Below, piece after piece: positions 16,288-26,720 of a stretch of 64,000 bases of DNA. Source of the DNA: a bacterium (GTDB lineage: Bacteria; Campylobacterota; Campylobacteria; Campylobacterales; Arcobacteraceae); NCBI GenBank assembly GCA_018816105.1, contig JAHIWE010000113.1:13340-77339 (forward strand), in the 5' to 3' direction. The notes beneath the pieces were generated by a model. The model was not told where the DNA came from. It saw only the letters and a list, made by a program, of their open reading frames with translations, and ran no database searches. Positions within the stretch are counted from its first letter, which is position 1. Each line of letters opens with the position of its first letter. Made by a program: the position numbers and the translations under genes.

Positions 16288-16433
16288 AGTATATGAAAAG
16301 AATACCAAACAATCTAATAAAAGATGAAATATACCTTTGATTTATTGGTATTTCTTGATTCATTTAAGATTTATCAATTTTTAGATAAAATCGCGCCTTA
16401 CAATAATTCAAATATTTTTTAAGGGGATATAAA

Positions 16434-17555
16434 TTGACTGAGATAGATTATTATGAATTACTAGAAGTTAGTAAAAGTTCAGACAAAAGTACAATTAAAA
16501 AAGCTTATAGACAAATGGCTATGAAGTATCATCCTGATAAAAATCCAGGGGATAACGAGGCTGAAGAGAGATTTAAAGCTATAAATGAAGCTTATCAAGT
16601 ATTAAGTGATGAACAAAAAAGAGCTATTTATGATAGACATGGAAAAGCAGGTCTTGAAGGTCATGGTCAAAGAGGTGGTGGATTCTCTGGTGGTTTTGAT
16701 GATTTAAGTTCTGTTTTTGAAGAGATGTTTGGTTTTGCAGGTGGTGGATCACGTGGAAGAAGACAACAAAAAACATATAACTACAATCTTGATGTAACAG
16801 TAGATGTTAAATTAGAATTCAATGAAGCTGTATTTGGTTGTAAAAAAGAGATTAATTACAAATACAAAACAGCTTGTAAACCTTGTAAGGGTACAGGGGC
16901 AAAAGATGGAAAACTTTCTACTTGTACAACATGTAATGGTCAAGGTCAAGTTCATGCAAGACAAGGGTTTATGACTTTTGCACAAACTTGTCCAAAATGT
17001 GGAGGTTCTGGTCAAGCTGCTAGTGCATCATGTAAAACATGTAGTGGAACAGGTTATGATGAAGTTAAAGATAATTTTAAAGTAGATATTCCAGAAGGTG
17101 TAAATGATGGAATGAGAATTAGAGTTTCACACAAAGGAAATATTGCCCCTGATGGAAGTCGTGGTGATTTATACTTACAAGTAAGAGTAAAAGAAGATGC
17201 CCACTTTGTAAGACATGATGATGATATTTACTTTGAAGCTCCAATATTCTTTACACAAGTAGCACTTGGTGGTAAAATAACAGTTCCAGGACTAAGAGGT
17301 AAATTAGAGTTAGAAATTCCAAAAAATGCAAAAGACAAACAACAATTTACTTTCAAAGGTGAAGGTGTAAAATCTGTTCAAGGTTATGGAAAAGGAGATT
17401 TAGTTGTACAAATTAAAATCGAATATCCAAAAGCATTAAATGATGAACAAACAAAACTATTAGAAAAACTTCAAGAGAGTTTTGGAATAGAAAGCAAACC
17501 TCACGAAAAAAACTTTGAAAACATGTTTGACAAAGTTAAGAAATGGTTTAACTAA
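16434..17555 (+). CDS. dnaJ: Chaperone DnaJ
   Basis: J domain with HPD, G/F-rich region, four CxxCxGxG repeats, C-terminal domain. Confidence 0.98.
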   Translation: MTEIDYYELLEVSKSSDKSTIKKAYRQMAMKYHPDKNPGDNEAEERFKAINEAYQVLSDEQKRAIYDRHGKAGLEGHGQRGGGFSGGFDDLSSVFEEMFGFAGGGSRGRRQQKTYNYNLDVTVDVKLEFNEAVFGCKKEINYKYKTACKPCKGTGAKDGKLSTCTTCNGQGQVHARQGFMTFAQTCPKCGGSGQAASASCKTCSGTGYDEVKDNFKVDIPEGVNDGMRIRVSHKGNIAPDGSRGDLYLQVRVKEDAHFVRHDDDIYFEAPIFFTQVALGGKITVPGLRGKLELEIPKNAKDKQQFTFKGEGVKSVQGYGKGDLVVQIKIEYPKALNDEQTKLLEKLQESFGIESKPHEKNFENMFDKVKKWFN

Positions 17556-17616
17556 ATACTTTATAATACTTATCTCAGTATAATCAATAAGAAAATACTG
17601 AGGTAAGGACTCCAAG

Positions 17617-20319
17617 ATGTATAAATTACTCTTATTGCTTTTTTTCTTATCTATATATCTTTTCTCTGATACTACAAATCAAAATATAAATAATAATTTT
17701 ACAATAGAAGAACAAGAATTTATTAATACTCACAAAAAATTAAATTTAGCAAATGAAAATGATTGGATACCTTTAGATTATAATGAAAATAATGAAGCGA
17801 AAGGATATGCTATTGATTATATAAAACTTATTTTCTCAAAAATTGGAATAGAACCTATATTTATCAATGATAATTGGGATAATCTCATATCTAGACTTAA
17901 AAACGGAGAAATTGATGTTTTCCCAATATTAGGATATAGCAAAAAAAGAGAAGAAATTCTTAATTTTACAAACTCTTTTTATACTCAAGAATACTCTATT
18001 GTTACAAAAAAGAATAAATTTGATTTTATAAATATCGATGATTTAGCAGGAAAAAGAGTGGCCATGCCCAAAAATTGGAACACTACTAAACTTTTAAAAG
18101 AAAATTATAAAAAAATAAATATAGTTGAGTTTGATAGCCTTGACGAAATTTTTGAATCTGTTAAAAATAATGAATGTGATGCGACCATACAAAGTTCTTT
18201 AGTTGCTAACTATTACATAAATAAAAAATATAGTGATTCACTAAAAATATTAACTAAAATAAATATTAATAATATTGATAATAAATTATATATTGGTGTA
18301 AAAAAAGAGTTCCCAATTCTTGTTTCTATTATAAATAAAACTATTTATAATCTTTCAGCATCTGAACTTGAAATATTAAATAATAAATGGTTAAAAGATA
18401 AGCAAAATATATCTTTTTCACAAGAAGAGTTAGATTTTATAGAAAATAAGATTGTAAATATAGCTTTTACTGATAATTGGGCTCCCATAAATTTTGTTGA
18501 AAATAATAAAGCCTATGGTTTAGGTTATGATTTTTGGCAATATATTGCAGATAAAGCAAATTTGAAAACAAATATAGTGACAAAAAAATCTTTTGCAGAT
18601 GCTCTTGATAGTTTAAAGGATAAAAGTAGTGATATAATTATAGCAACTTCAAAAACTTCTGATAGGGAAGAATATGCTTTATTTTCAGATATATATTATA
18701 AAGCACCTATTGGAATTGCAACACTACAAGATAAAAACTATATTCCTGAACCTTCTTATCTTCTTGGGAAAAAAATTGGTGTAGGGAAAAACTACACAGC
18801 TTATAAAATATTACAAAAAGAGTATCCTAGTATGGATTTTGTTTTTGTAAATAATATTGAAGAAGGTTTATCTTTATTATCTAATAATGAAATATATGCA
18901 CTTATTGATAATTTGCCTGTTTTAACCCATAATATTCAGAAATATGCATATAGTAATATTAAAATTTCTGGAAGTACAGGAATTGATTTTAATTTACAAA
19001 TGATGATTAGAAATGATTATAAAGTTTTGCAATCAATTGTTAATAAAGTTTTAGAAAGAATGAGTCCAAATGATAAAAGTCTAATTTATAATAAATGGCT
19101 AAAACTTGAATATTCACAAGGCTTTGATTATTCATTATTATGGAAATATATTTTACCTTTAATTTTAATAATATTTTTAGTTCTTTATAAAAACAGACAA
19201 CTCTTAAGCTATCAGAAAAAATTGAAAAATACAAAAGATGAGTTGGAAAATACTCTTAAAACTTTTAGAAGTTTAGTTAATTTAACAATTGAGGGAATAA
19301 TAATAGTAAGTGATAATAAAATTATATATTACAATGATGAAATTTTAAAGATTTTTGATATTGATGAAAAAAAACTTCTAAACAACTCTTTTTATAATCT
19401 ATTTGAAATAAATAATCTTATTTGTATTCCAGATATAATTAAAAACTCAGATTCACAAACTTATGAAACAATTGGATTAAAGAATTTTGAAACAAAATTC
19501 CCAATTCTTATAAAATCAAAAGAAGTAATATTTGAAAATAAACTATCAACAATTTTATTAATAATAGATATAAGTGAAATAAAAAATAAGGAAAATTTAC
19601 TTATTCAACAATCTAAGATGGCAAGTATGGGAGAAATGATAGGCAATATTGCACATCAATGGAGACAACCACTTAGTTTAATATCAACTGCTGCTTCTGG
19701 AATGAAAATACAAAAAGAGTTTAATCAACTTGATGACAACACTTTTAATGATACCCTTACTAGTATTACAAATACTACAATGTTTCTTTCACAAACTATC
19801 GATGACTTTCAAAATTATCTAAAAGAAGATAAAGAAAAAAAAGAGTTTGATATTAATACAAGTATAAATAAAATACTTACCATTATAAAAGGCTCATTTA
19901 TAAATCATTCTATAAATGTAATATTAGATTTAGAAAAAGATTTATTTATAAATAGCTATGAAAATGAGTTAAACCAAGCATTACTTAATATTTTAAACAA
20001 TGCTAAAGATGCATTACAAGAAATAGATAAAGACAACAGATATATTCATATTAAATCATATAAAAATAAATCGGAAATAATTATTGAAATAACCGATAAT
20101 GCAGGTGGGATAAAAGAAACAAATATAAATAAAATATTTGAGCCTTACTTTACTACAAAACATAAAAGTCAAGGGACAGGACTTGGTTTATATATGACTC
20201 ATAAAATTATTACTTTTAGTATGAATGGTGATATAAAAATCACAAATATAAAGCATACATTTAAAGATAAAACATTTGACAAATGTGCTAATGTTAAAAT
20301 AACTTTTCCCCTTTCATAA
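17617..20319 (+). CDS. Sensor histidine kinase with two periplasmic substrate-binding (PBPb) domains, PAS and HK
   Basis: Signal/TM, 'DWIPLDY' and 'NWAPINF' PBPb starts, TM at about aa 510-525, 'IAHQWRQPL', 'DNAGG', 'GTGLGLY'. Confidence 0.92.
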   Translation: MYKLLLLLFFLSIYLFSDTTNQNINNNFTIEEQEFINTHKKLNLANENDWIPLDYNENNEAKGYAIDYIKLIFSKIGIEPIFINDNWDNLISRLKNGEIDVFPILGYSKKREEILNFTNSFYTQEYSIVTKKNKFDFINIDDLAGKRVAMPKNWNTTKLLKENYKKINIVEFDSLDEIFESVKNNECDATIQSSLVANYYINKKYSDSLKILTKININNIDNKLYIGVKKEFPILVSIINKTIYNLSASELEILNNKWLKDKQNISFSQEELDFIENKIVNIAFTDNWAPINFVENNKAYGLGYDFWQYIADKANLKTNIVTKKSFADALDSLKDKSSDIIIATSKTSDREEYALFSDIYYKAPIGIATLQDKNYIPEPSYLLGKKIGVGKNYTAYKILQKEYPSMDFVFVNNIEEGLSLLSNNEIYALIDNLPVLTHNIQKYAYSNIKISGSTGIDFNLQMMIRNDYKVLQSIVNKVLERMSPNDKSLIYNKWLKLEYSQGFDYSLLWKYILPLILIIFLVLYKNRQLLSYQKKLKNTKDELENTLKTFRSLVNLTIEGIIIVSDNKIIYYNDEILKIFDIDEKKLLNNSFYNLFEINNLICIPDIIKNSDSQTYETIGLKNFETKFPILIKSKEVIFENKLSTILLIIDISEIKNKENLLIQQSKMASMGEMIGNIAHQWRQPLSLISTAASGMKIQKEFNQLDDNTFNDTLTSITNTTMFLSQTIDDFQNYLKEDKEKKEFDINTSINKILTIIKGSFINHSINVILDLEKDLFINSYENELNQALLNILNNAKDALQEIDKDNRYIHIKSYKNKSEIIIEITDNAGGIKETNINKIFEPYFTTKHKSQGTGLGLYMTHKIITFSMNGDIKITNIKHTFKDKTFDKCANVKITFPLS

Positions 20320-20395
20320 TAGATTAAAAATCTATTGATTATAATGCTTGATAATTTTAAACTGTAATTTATTATTTTAAACAAGGAAGCAATTT

Positions 20396-21613
20396 ATGAT
20401 AAAGTCTTATTTAGAATCTCATCCTGATGTTAATGGATATTTTGGAAAATTTGGAGGTTCATTTATTCCTCCTGTATTAGAAAGACCATTTGCTGATATT
20501 ACAAAAGCCTATCTTGAATTAAAAAACTCTCCTAAGTTTGTTGAAGAGTTGAAATATGTTAGAAAACATTATCAAGGACGACCTACTCCTATCTCATTTG
20601 CAAAAAATTTGACTGAATTTTGTGGTGGTGCAAAAATCTACTTAAAAAGAGAAGATCTAAATCACACAGGTGCACATAAATTAAATCACTGTATGGCTGA
20701 GGTAATTCTTGCAAAATATCTTGGAAAGAAAAAAGTAATTGCTGAAACTGGAGCTGGTCAACATGGTGTTGCTCTTGCAACTGCTGCAGCGTACTTTGGA
20801 TTAGAGTGCGAGATTCACATGGGTGAAGTTGATATTGCTAAAGAGCATCCAAATGTTGTTAGAATGAAAATCCTTGGAGCAAAAGTTGTTCCTGCAACTC
20901 ATGGTCTTAAAACTTTAAAAGAAGCTGTAGATTCTGCTTTTGAAGCTTATTTAGCAGATACGCAAAATTCTATTTATTGTATTGGTTCTGTTGTTGGTCC
21001 TCATCCATTTCCTATGATGGTAAGAGATTTCCAAAGTATAATTGGACTTGAAGCTCGTGAACAATTTTTAGAGCATGAAAACAAACTTCCTGATGTTGTA
21101 ACTGCATGTGTTGGTGGTGGATCTAATGCTATGGGTATTTTTGCTGGATTCATAGATGAAAAACAAGTTGAACTTTATGGAGTTGAGCCTATGGGGAAAG
21201 GTGATAAAATTGGTGAACATTCTGCTAGTTTAACATATGGAGAAGAAGGAATCATGCATGGCTTTAACTCTATAATGCTAAAAGATAAAAATGGTGAACC
21301 AGCTCCTGTGTATTCTATTGGAAGTGGGATTGACTATCCAAGTGTGGGACCAGAGCATGCATTTTTAAAAGAAAGCGGTAGAACAAAAGTTGGACTTTGT
21401 AATGATATTGAAGCTGTTGATGCTTTTTATAAATTATCACAATTAGAAGGAATTATTCCAGCTTTGGAATCTGCTCATGCAGTTGGATTTGCTATGAAAC
21501 TAGCAAAAACCCTTCCAAAAGACAAAACTATCTTAGTAAATTTAAGTGGTCGTGGTGATAAAGATATTGATTTTGTAATAGAGAATTACCCAATTCCTAA
21601 CGCTAAATTTTAA
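20396..21613 (+). CDS. trpB: Tryptophan synthase beta subunit
   Basis: '[14 protein letters not shown]' (PLP Lys), 'AETGAGQHG', 'CVGGGSNA', '[11 protein letters not shown]', 'NLSGRGDKD'. Confidence 0.96.
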   Translation: MIKSYLESHPDVNGYFGKFGGSFIPPVLERPFADITKAYLELKNSPKFVEELKYVRKHYQGRPTPISFAKNLTEFCGGAKIYLKREDLNHTGAHKLNHCMAEVILAKYLGKKKVIAETGAGQHGVALATAAAYFGLECEIHMGEVDIAKEHPNVVRMKILGAKVVPATHGLKTLKEAVDSAFEAYLADTQNSIYCIGSVVGPHPFPMMVRDFQSIIGLEAREQFLEHENKLPDVVTACVGGGSNAMGIFAGFIDEKQVELYGVEPMGKGDKIGEHSASLTYGEEGIMHGFNSIMLKDKNGEPAPVYSIGSGIDYPSVGPEHAFLKESGRTKVGLCNDIEAVDAFYKLSQLEGIIPALESAHAVGFAMKLAKTLPKDKTILVNLSGRGDKDIDFVIENYPIPNAKF

Positions 21614-21631
21614 ATAAAAAAGGAATTATGT

Positions 21632-22225
21632 ATGAAACTAGAATACTCAGGATTAAAACCAGTTATTAGTGAACACGGAATATCTTTTAAAGATGGGAAA
21701 GAGGATAAATTTATTTATCTAAAATTTGCAATTGATATTTTAAATGCCATAGATCATACCTATGAACAAAAAAGAAAATACTCTCATCAAGTAAATACAA
21801 AACCTTTAACTCCAAATGAGATTATTGATATTTTATTAAAATATCATCCTAATTTGGAACTTAATATGAATAAAGAGATTGAATCTTATTTGCATCATTT
21901 AAATGAAGAAGAAAGAATGGTTGAAAATAGGACTCACTTATTGGACCTTGAGAAAAAAACTTATATTTCAAATTTACAAATTATGAGAAATTACAAAATA
22001 CAAAGAGCTAAAAATAAAATATTTTATTTTCATTGTATTGAAACTATTGTAGAAACTATTTTAAAATATAAAATAAAAGAGCTAGATACTCCTTTTAATG
22101 AAAGATTTTGGCATATTTTACAAACAATAGAAGGAAATTTATCAGAACATAAAATCTCTTCAAATTTAAAAATAATAAATGAAGAAAACTCTTTAAAAGC
22201 TATGCTTACAATTAATATTTTTTAA
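21632..22225 (+). CDS. Hypothetical protein
   Basis: 197-aa ORF with AAGGA SD and normal composition; no motif recognised. Confidence 0.75.
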   Translation: MKLEYSGLKPVISEHGISFKDGKEDKFIYLKFAIDILNAIDHTYEQKRKYSHQVNTKPLTPNEIIDILLKYHPNLELNMNKEIESYLHHLNEEERMVENRTHLLDLEKKTYISNLQIMRNYKIQRAKNKIFYFHCIETIVETILKYKIKELDTPFNERFWHILQTIEGNLSEHKISSNLKIINEENSLKAMLTINIF

Positions 22226-22229
22226 AATA

Positions 22230-22895
22230 TTAAAATTGTTTTATCAAAGTTTTGTTTATATTTTCTAGTTCTTGATACTTATAAACTAACTCTTGATATT
22301 TTAAATTATAATCATTGTATAAAAAAGAGTAATCATTTTTCTCATCTTTATATTTATCATAACCTTTTTTAGAGCTATTTGATAAGGCACTAACAAAATT
22401 AAAAGAGTTAATAGCTGTTAATATTTCATCTAATCTATCTTTGGATATTACATCAGTTGAATTTTCACTTGGGTTATTTATTTTATTTGTAAAAGAACTA
22501 TGTAATAAATCAGCTAATGAGTTGTTCTTTGAAGAGGATAAAAACATATTTTTATCCTCATATCTATCAGTTAAATATGAAAAACCTAAATTAAAAGGTT
22601 GACCTAAAACTGTGTTAAATAAAGCCTTAGATAAATAGTCATCATTTGAAAAAAGAGTTGCAAGTCTTAAATTTTTTGCCATATTTTTATCATCTTCATT
22701 TTTAAATAATGTATCAATCTCTTCTAAGGAAATACCTTTTATATTTTCGTATGTTAAAGCATCAGTTTTAGGTGTAGTTGAGGCTTCTTTGCTTGTTACT
22801 AAATTACTTATAAATGACATTGAGTTATTATTTTGTATATTACTTGCAGAGTTTTGTAAAGCTGCTATTGTTGCATTTATGTTTGAAGTTATCAT
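22230..22895 (-). CDS. Hypothetical protein
   Basis: 221-aa ORF with low-complexity N/S-rich N-terminus; starts 12 nt after the phnP stop. Confidence 0.7.
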   Translation of the reverse strand: MITSNINATIAALQNSASNIQNNNSMSFISNLVTSKEASTTPKTDALTYENIKGISLEEIDTLFKNEDDKNMAKNLRLATLFSNDDYLSKALFNTVLGQPFNLGFSYLTDRYEDKNMFLSSSKNNSLADLLHSSFTNKINNPSENSTDVISKDRLDEILTAINSFNFVSALSNSSKKGYDKYKDEKNDYSFLYNDYNLKYQELVYKYQELENINKTLIKQF

Positions 22896-22907
22896 AATAA
22901 AACCTTT

Positions 22908-23645
22908 TTATAAAGTAAAAGAAAAATCTCCTTTTACATAAGGATATTTTAGTTCTATATTGTTTTGCAAAATATACTCTTGTGTTGTATGAGATATATG
23001 CATCAAATAAGCTTTTTCTACTTTCATTTTATCCAAAATTTCACTTGCTTGTAAATAATTTAGATGATTTCCTAGACTTTTTCTCTCATCATAACAAGCA
23101 TCAATAAAAGCATAATCTATTTTCTTAGTTAATAAAAAATCTAAACTCTCTTTTGAAATTCCACTACAATCAGTTAAATAAGCAATTGTTCTATCTTTAT
23201 ATTCTATTAAATATCCAAAAGTATTTTTTGAGTGTTTTAAAGGAATTGAAGTAAATGAAATATTTTTAATTTTAATAGTTTCAAATTGTTTTATTTCTTT
23301 ATAACATATTGAATGATTATATTTAAATAAATCAGAAAAACCATTTTCATCCTTTGGATGAAAGCAGTTTATTTCATCATTTGAATGTCTAAGTTTCAAA
23401 AGTCCTAAACAATGATCAGCATGGAAATGAGTAAGTAGAACTGTTTCTATTTTATTTCCATCAAATCGTGATGAAATATCTTCTATTCCTGCATCTAATA
23501 GGATTATAGTGTCATCAATTTTTATATATGCACAAGTTGAAAGATTTTGTTTTTTTTCTTCCCTATGATTTTCACAAACTATACAAGGGCAGTTATGAAC
23601 AGGAATTCCTGCACTATCACTGCTACCTAAAAAACTAAATTTCAT
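22908..23645 (-). CDS. phnP: Phosphoribosyl 1,2-cyclic phosphate phosphodiesterase (MBL fold)
   Basis: 'GIPVHNCPCIVC', 'LDAG', 'THFHADH', 'YLTD', 'NHLN', 'HISH'; terminal position in the phn operon. Confidence 0.9.
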   Translation of the reverse strand: MKFSFLGSSDSAGIPVHNCPCIVCENHREEKKQNLSTCAYIKIDDTIILLDAGIEDISSRFDGNKIETVLLTHFHADHCLGLLKLRHSNDEINCFHPKDENGFSDLFKYNHSICYKEIKQFETIKIKNISFTSIPLKHSKNTFGYLIEYKDRTIAYLTDCSGISKESLDFLLTKKIDYAFIDACYDERKSLGNHLNYLQASEILDKMKVEKAYLMHISHTTQEYILQNNIELKYPYVKGDFSFTL

Positions 23646-24165
23646 CTATTTCCTTTAATATATCAATAAAAGCTTTTATACTATCATCAAATGATTTATC
23701 ATTTTGAAATACTATAAGATTTCTAGCATAAATCTTATCATATTTTCTCTCTAATCTTTTTTCAATCTCTTTAATATTTTCTCTTCCTCTTTTGATAAGT
23801 CTTCGTTTTAATTCAACATCATTTAAAGTAATATTTATTACATAAACCTTATCAAAATGCTTTTCAAAATCAGCTATTTTTGATCTTGAAATAGAAATAA
23901 TATTTGTTTTATTTTTTATTGAATCTTTTGAAATTCCATATAAATTATTATGTGCTTCCCAAGAAGAGATAAAAAACTCATTCTCTTTCAAAAGTTTAAA
24001 AGCAGAGTTTTCTAAGAAAAAGTTTTTTTCATTTTTATCTGGTTTTCTTGTAATATAACGTCTTATAAAATTAAACTCTTTCTTTAACTCTTTTTTGGCT
24101 TCTTTTATTAATGTATCTTTTCCAACACCACTTGCACCAACAATTAAAATTATTTTTGTTTGCAT
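23635..24165 (-). CDS. phnN: Ribose 1,5-bisphosphate phosphokinase
   Basis: P-loop 'GASGVGKDT', 'RRYITR', 'WEAHNNLYG', 'RGRE'. Confidence 0.92.
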   Translation of the reverse strand: MQTKIILIVGASGVGKDTLIKEAKKELKKEFNFIRRYITRKPDKNEKNFFLENSAFKLLKENEFFISSWEAHNNLYGISKDSIKNKTNIISISRSKIADFEKHFDKVYVINITLNDVELKRRLIKRGRENIKEIEKRLERKYDKIYARNLIVFQNDKSFDDSIKAFIDILKEIDEI

Positions 24166-24167
24166 TT

Positions 24168-24812
24168 CTACTCTTTTTTTGAATATTTATAAATAAATTC
24201 TCTAATATCTTTTAAATCAGCCAATCTATCTTTGATTTCATTATGGCTCCAATCCCACCAAGCTATTTTTTCAATTGATAGGATAATATCACTTGGAAAT
24301 CTATATTTTAAGATTTTAGCTCCAACACCAGCAACTATAGCAAAAGCTGGTACATTTTTAGTTACGACTGCATTTGAACCTATTATTGCACCATTACCTA
24401 TTTTAATTCCAGGCATAATTACAGCACCATGACCTATCCAAGTATCATGACCAATTAGAACTTGTTGAGTTTTTCTATAATTAAAAAAAGCTTCATCATT
24501 TTCTCCAAATCCATACATTTCACGTCTATAAAGTAAGTGATGTTGACAAGGCATTTCGTAAGGGTGAAATCCTGGGTTTATTCGAACATTACTTGCAATA
24601 TTTGCAAACTTACCTATTTGTGTATTTGCAATTTGTGTGTATTCGCTCACATATGAATAATCACCCAATGAAGAATCACTAATATTTGCATAATTTGCAA
24701 TTTCAGTATACTTTCCGAAATATGAGTTTTTTATAATTGCATTAGGGAAAATGTATGGTTTTTCCCCTAATACTACTTTGGCTTCACTATTAAGACTCTC
24801 TATTTTTGTCAT
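24168..24812 (-). CDS. Phosphonate-metabolism hexapeptide-repeat acetyltransferase
   Basis: 'GDYSYV', 'IGKFANIASNVRINPGFHP', 'IGHDTWIGHGAVIMPG', 'AWWDW'; located within the phn operon. Confidence 0.88.
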   Translation of the reverse strand: MTKIESLNSEAKVVLGEKPYIFPNAIIKNSYFGKYTEIANYANISDSSLGDYSYVSEYTQIANTQIGKFANIASNVRINPGFHPYEMPCQHHLLYRREMYGFGENDEAFFNYRKTQQVLIGHDTWIGHGAVIMPGIKIGNGAIIGSNAVVTKNVPAFAIVAGVGAKILKYRFPSDIILSIEKIAWWDWSHNEIKDRLADLKDIREFIYKYSKKE

Positions 24813-24868
24813 TATATTTTACCTCTATATGCAATATACTTCTAAAAATCGTAACCATATTATTTCCT

Positions 24869-26008
24869 TTATAATTTAAAGCCTCTAATTCCATTATAAA
24901 TTGATTCACCATCTTTGATAGTAAGAACAACTTTTGGAATATTACTATCATCAATTACTATAATATCAGCTCTTTTACCTTCAGCTATCACACCCCTATC
25001 ATCTAAATTTGCATAAGCTGCAGGTGTTGATGTAACCATTGAAAATCCTTTTTCTAAAGGTAAATTTGCATCTTCTTTCATTCTATATACTGCTTGAAGC
25101 ATTGAAGTTGGATGATAATCTGAACACAAGTATTTACAAACTCCTTCACGTACTAACTCAATTGCTGCAATGTTACCACTTTGGCTTCCACCTCTTACAA
25201 TATTTGGAGCTCCCATTCCAGTTGCAATTCCTTTTGAAACTGCAAATTTTGCAACTTCTAAATCTAGTGGAAACTCTGAAATCTTAACTCCAATATCTAA
25301 AAGCCCTTGAAGTTTTTGTATACAATCATCATCATGACTTAAAAGAGTAAGATTATGTTTCTTTGCATGATTGATTAAATCATTTATCTTATCTTCATCT
25401 TTATTTAATTTTTTATTTACTACATCTTGAACTTCATCATCATCTAAACCATAATAATTAGAGTAATAAGTTTTAAATTTTTCAAGTGTTTTAAATTGTC
25501 CTTGACCAGGTGAATGATCCATCAAAGATAATAGTCTAATCATTCCCAAATCAATTAACTCTTTTATTGGTTCAACTGCATCTGTTGCGCTTAATTCAAA
25601 TCTTGCATGAATAAAGTTATCAACTCCTAAATGATTCTTATTTGCTTTATAAATCTCTTCTATTTGATGTTGAGCTAGATATAAACTTCTTTTTTTCTTT
25701 GGATTTTCTTCAAAACCAATAGCGTGAAACATTGTAGTAACTCCTGCCATTGAAAGTTTTTTATCAAGTTCTGCAACTGCTAATTCAACTGGAAATGTAG
25801 CACCATGTCTAGGTTCTATCTCTTTTTCAATAGCATCTGAGTGTAAATCCACAATTCCAGCAACTACTTTTTTATCACCTAAATCAACAGCAATTTCATT
25901 TTTCCCATACTCATCAATTCTTTGAATAAATTCACCTTTGATTACAAGATCTGCACTTATAAACTTTTCATTTATTAAAACATTTTTACTTCTTAAAATT
26001 GTTTCCAT
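24869..26008 (-). CDS. phnM: Alpha-D-ribose 1-methylphosphonate 5-triphosphate diphosphatase
   Basis: 'GIVDLHSDAIEKEIEPR', 'AGVTTMFHA', 'MDHSPGQGQ', 'SHDD', 'MGAPNIVRGGSQSGN', 'LCSDY'. Confidence 0.96.
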   Translation of the reverse strand: METILRSKNVLINEKFISADLVIKGEFIQRIDEYGKNEIAVDLGDKKVVAGIVDLHSDAIEKEIEPRHGATFPVELAVAELDKKLSMAGVTTMFHAIGFEENPKKKRSLYLAQHQIEEIYKANKNHLGVDNFIHARFELSATDAVEPIKELIDLGMIRLLSLMDHSPGQGQFKTLEKFKTYYSNYYGLDDDEVQDVVNKKLNKDEDKINDLINHAKKHNLTLLSHDDDCIQKLQGLLDIGVKISEFPLDLEVAKFAVSKGIATGMGAPNIVRGGSQSGNIAAIELVREGVCKYLCSDYHPTSMLQAVYRMKEDANLPLEKGFSMVTSTPAAYANLDDRGVIAEGKRADIIVIDDSNIPKVVLTIKDGESIYNGIRGFKL

Positions 26009-26010
26009 TT

Positions 26011-26715
26011 TTATTTAACTCTCTGTAATTTATATATTTTATCACTTATAATTTCCATTGCTTCAAGGTCATGAAAAATCCCAACCATTGCAACACCTTG
26101 AGTCTTTAGCTCTTTTAATTTCTCAACAACTTTCATAGTATTTGTTTTATCAAGTGAAGCTGTTGGTTCATCAAGTAAAAGTAAAGATTTTGGAGCAATT
26201 ATTCCTTTTGCAATATTTACTCTTTGTTGCTCCCCACCAGAAAAAGTTAAAGGAGATAAATCAAATAATTCTTCTCTAATTGATAAATAATCTAACATCT
26301 CTTTTGCTTTTTGTCTTGCGACTTCTTGGCTTTCACCTTTGAAAATCAACTGCTCACTTACAACATCAACAGCACTAACTCTTGGAAGAATTTGTAAAAA
26401 CTGTGATACATAACCAATTTCACTCTTTCTAAGATTTAGTATTTCACTCTCACTAGCATTTGCAATATCAATAGTGCTACCATTATCTTTATGAAAGATT
26501 ATATTTCCACTTGTTGTTGTATATGTTCTAAAAAGAGTTTTTAGAATCGATGATTTTCCAGCACCACTTGGTCCATAAAGAGATAAAAACTCCCCTTGTT
26601 TTACACTTAGATTTATATTTTCAAAACCTTTTACTTCAATACTTCCACGAGTATGAATTTTAAAAGTTTTATTCAGGTTTTTAACTTCTAATCTAATTAT
26701 ATTTTTCATAATCAT
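26011..26715 (-). CDS. phnL: C-P lyase system ABC-ATPase subunit PhnL
   Basis: 'GPSGAGKSS', 'IGYVSQFLQILPRV', 'PLTFSGGEQQRVNIA', 'LLLDEPTASLD'. Confidence 0.95.
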   Translation of the reverse strand: MIMKNIIRLEVKNLNKTFKIHTRGSIEVKGFENINLSVKQGEFLSLYGPSGAGKSSILKTLFRTYTTTSGNIIFHKDNGSTIDIANASESEILNLRKSEIGYVSQFLQILPRVSAVDVVSEQLIFKGESQEVARQKAKEMLDYLSIREELFDLSPLTFSGGEQQRVNIAKGIIAPKSLLLLDEPTASLDKTNTMKVVEKLKELKTQGVAMVGIFHDLEAMEIISDKIYKLQRVK

Positions 26716-26720
26716 GCTCC

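Noticed and set aside
16301-16352. Imperfect inverted repeat (12/14) between the LOV gene and dnaJ as a MITE end or heat-shock operator
   Set aside because: It does not match CIRCE or HAIR consensus, there is no target-site duplication or second copy, and it is most simply a weak terminator.
20351-20368. CTGTAAT upstream of trpB as a third Pho-like box
   Set aside because: Only one half-site; the position 11 bp upstream reads ATAATTT.
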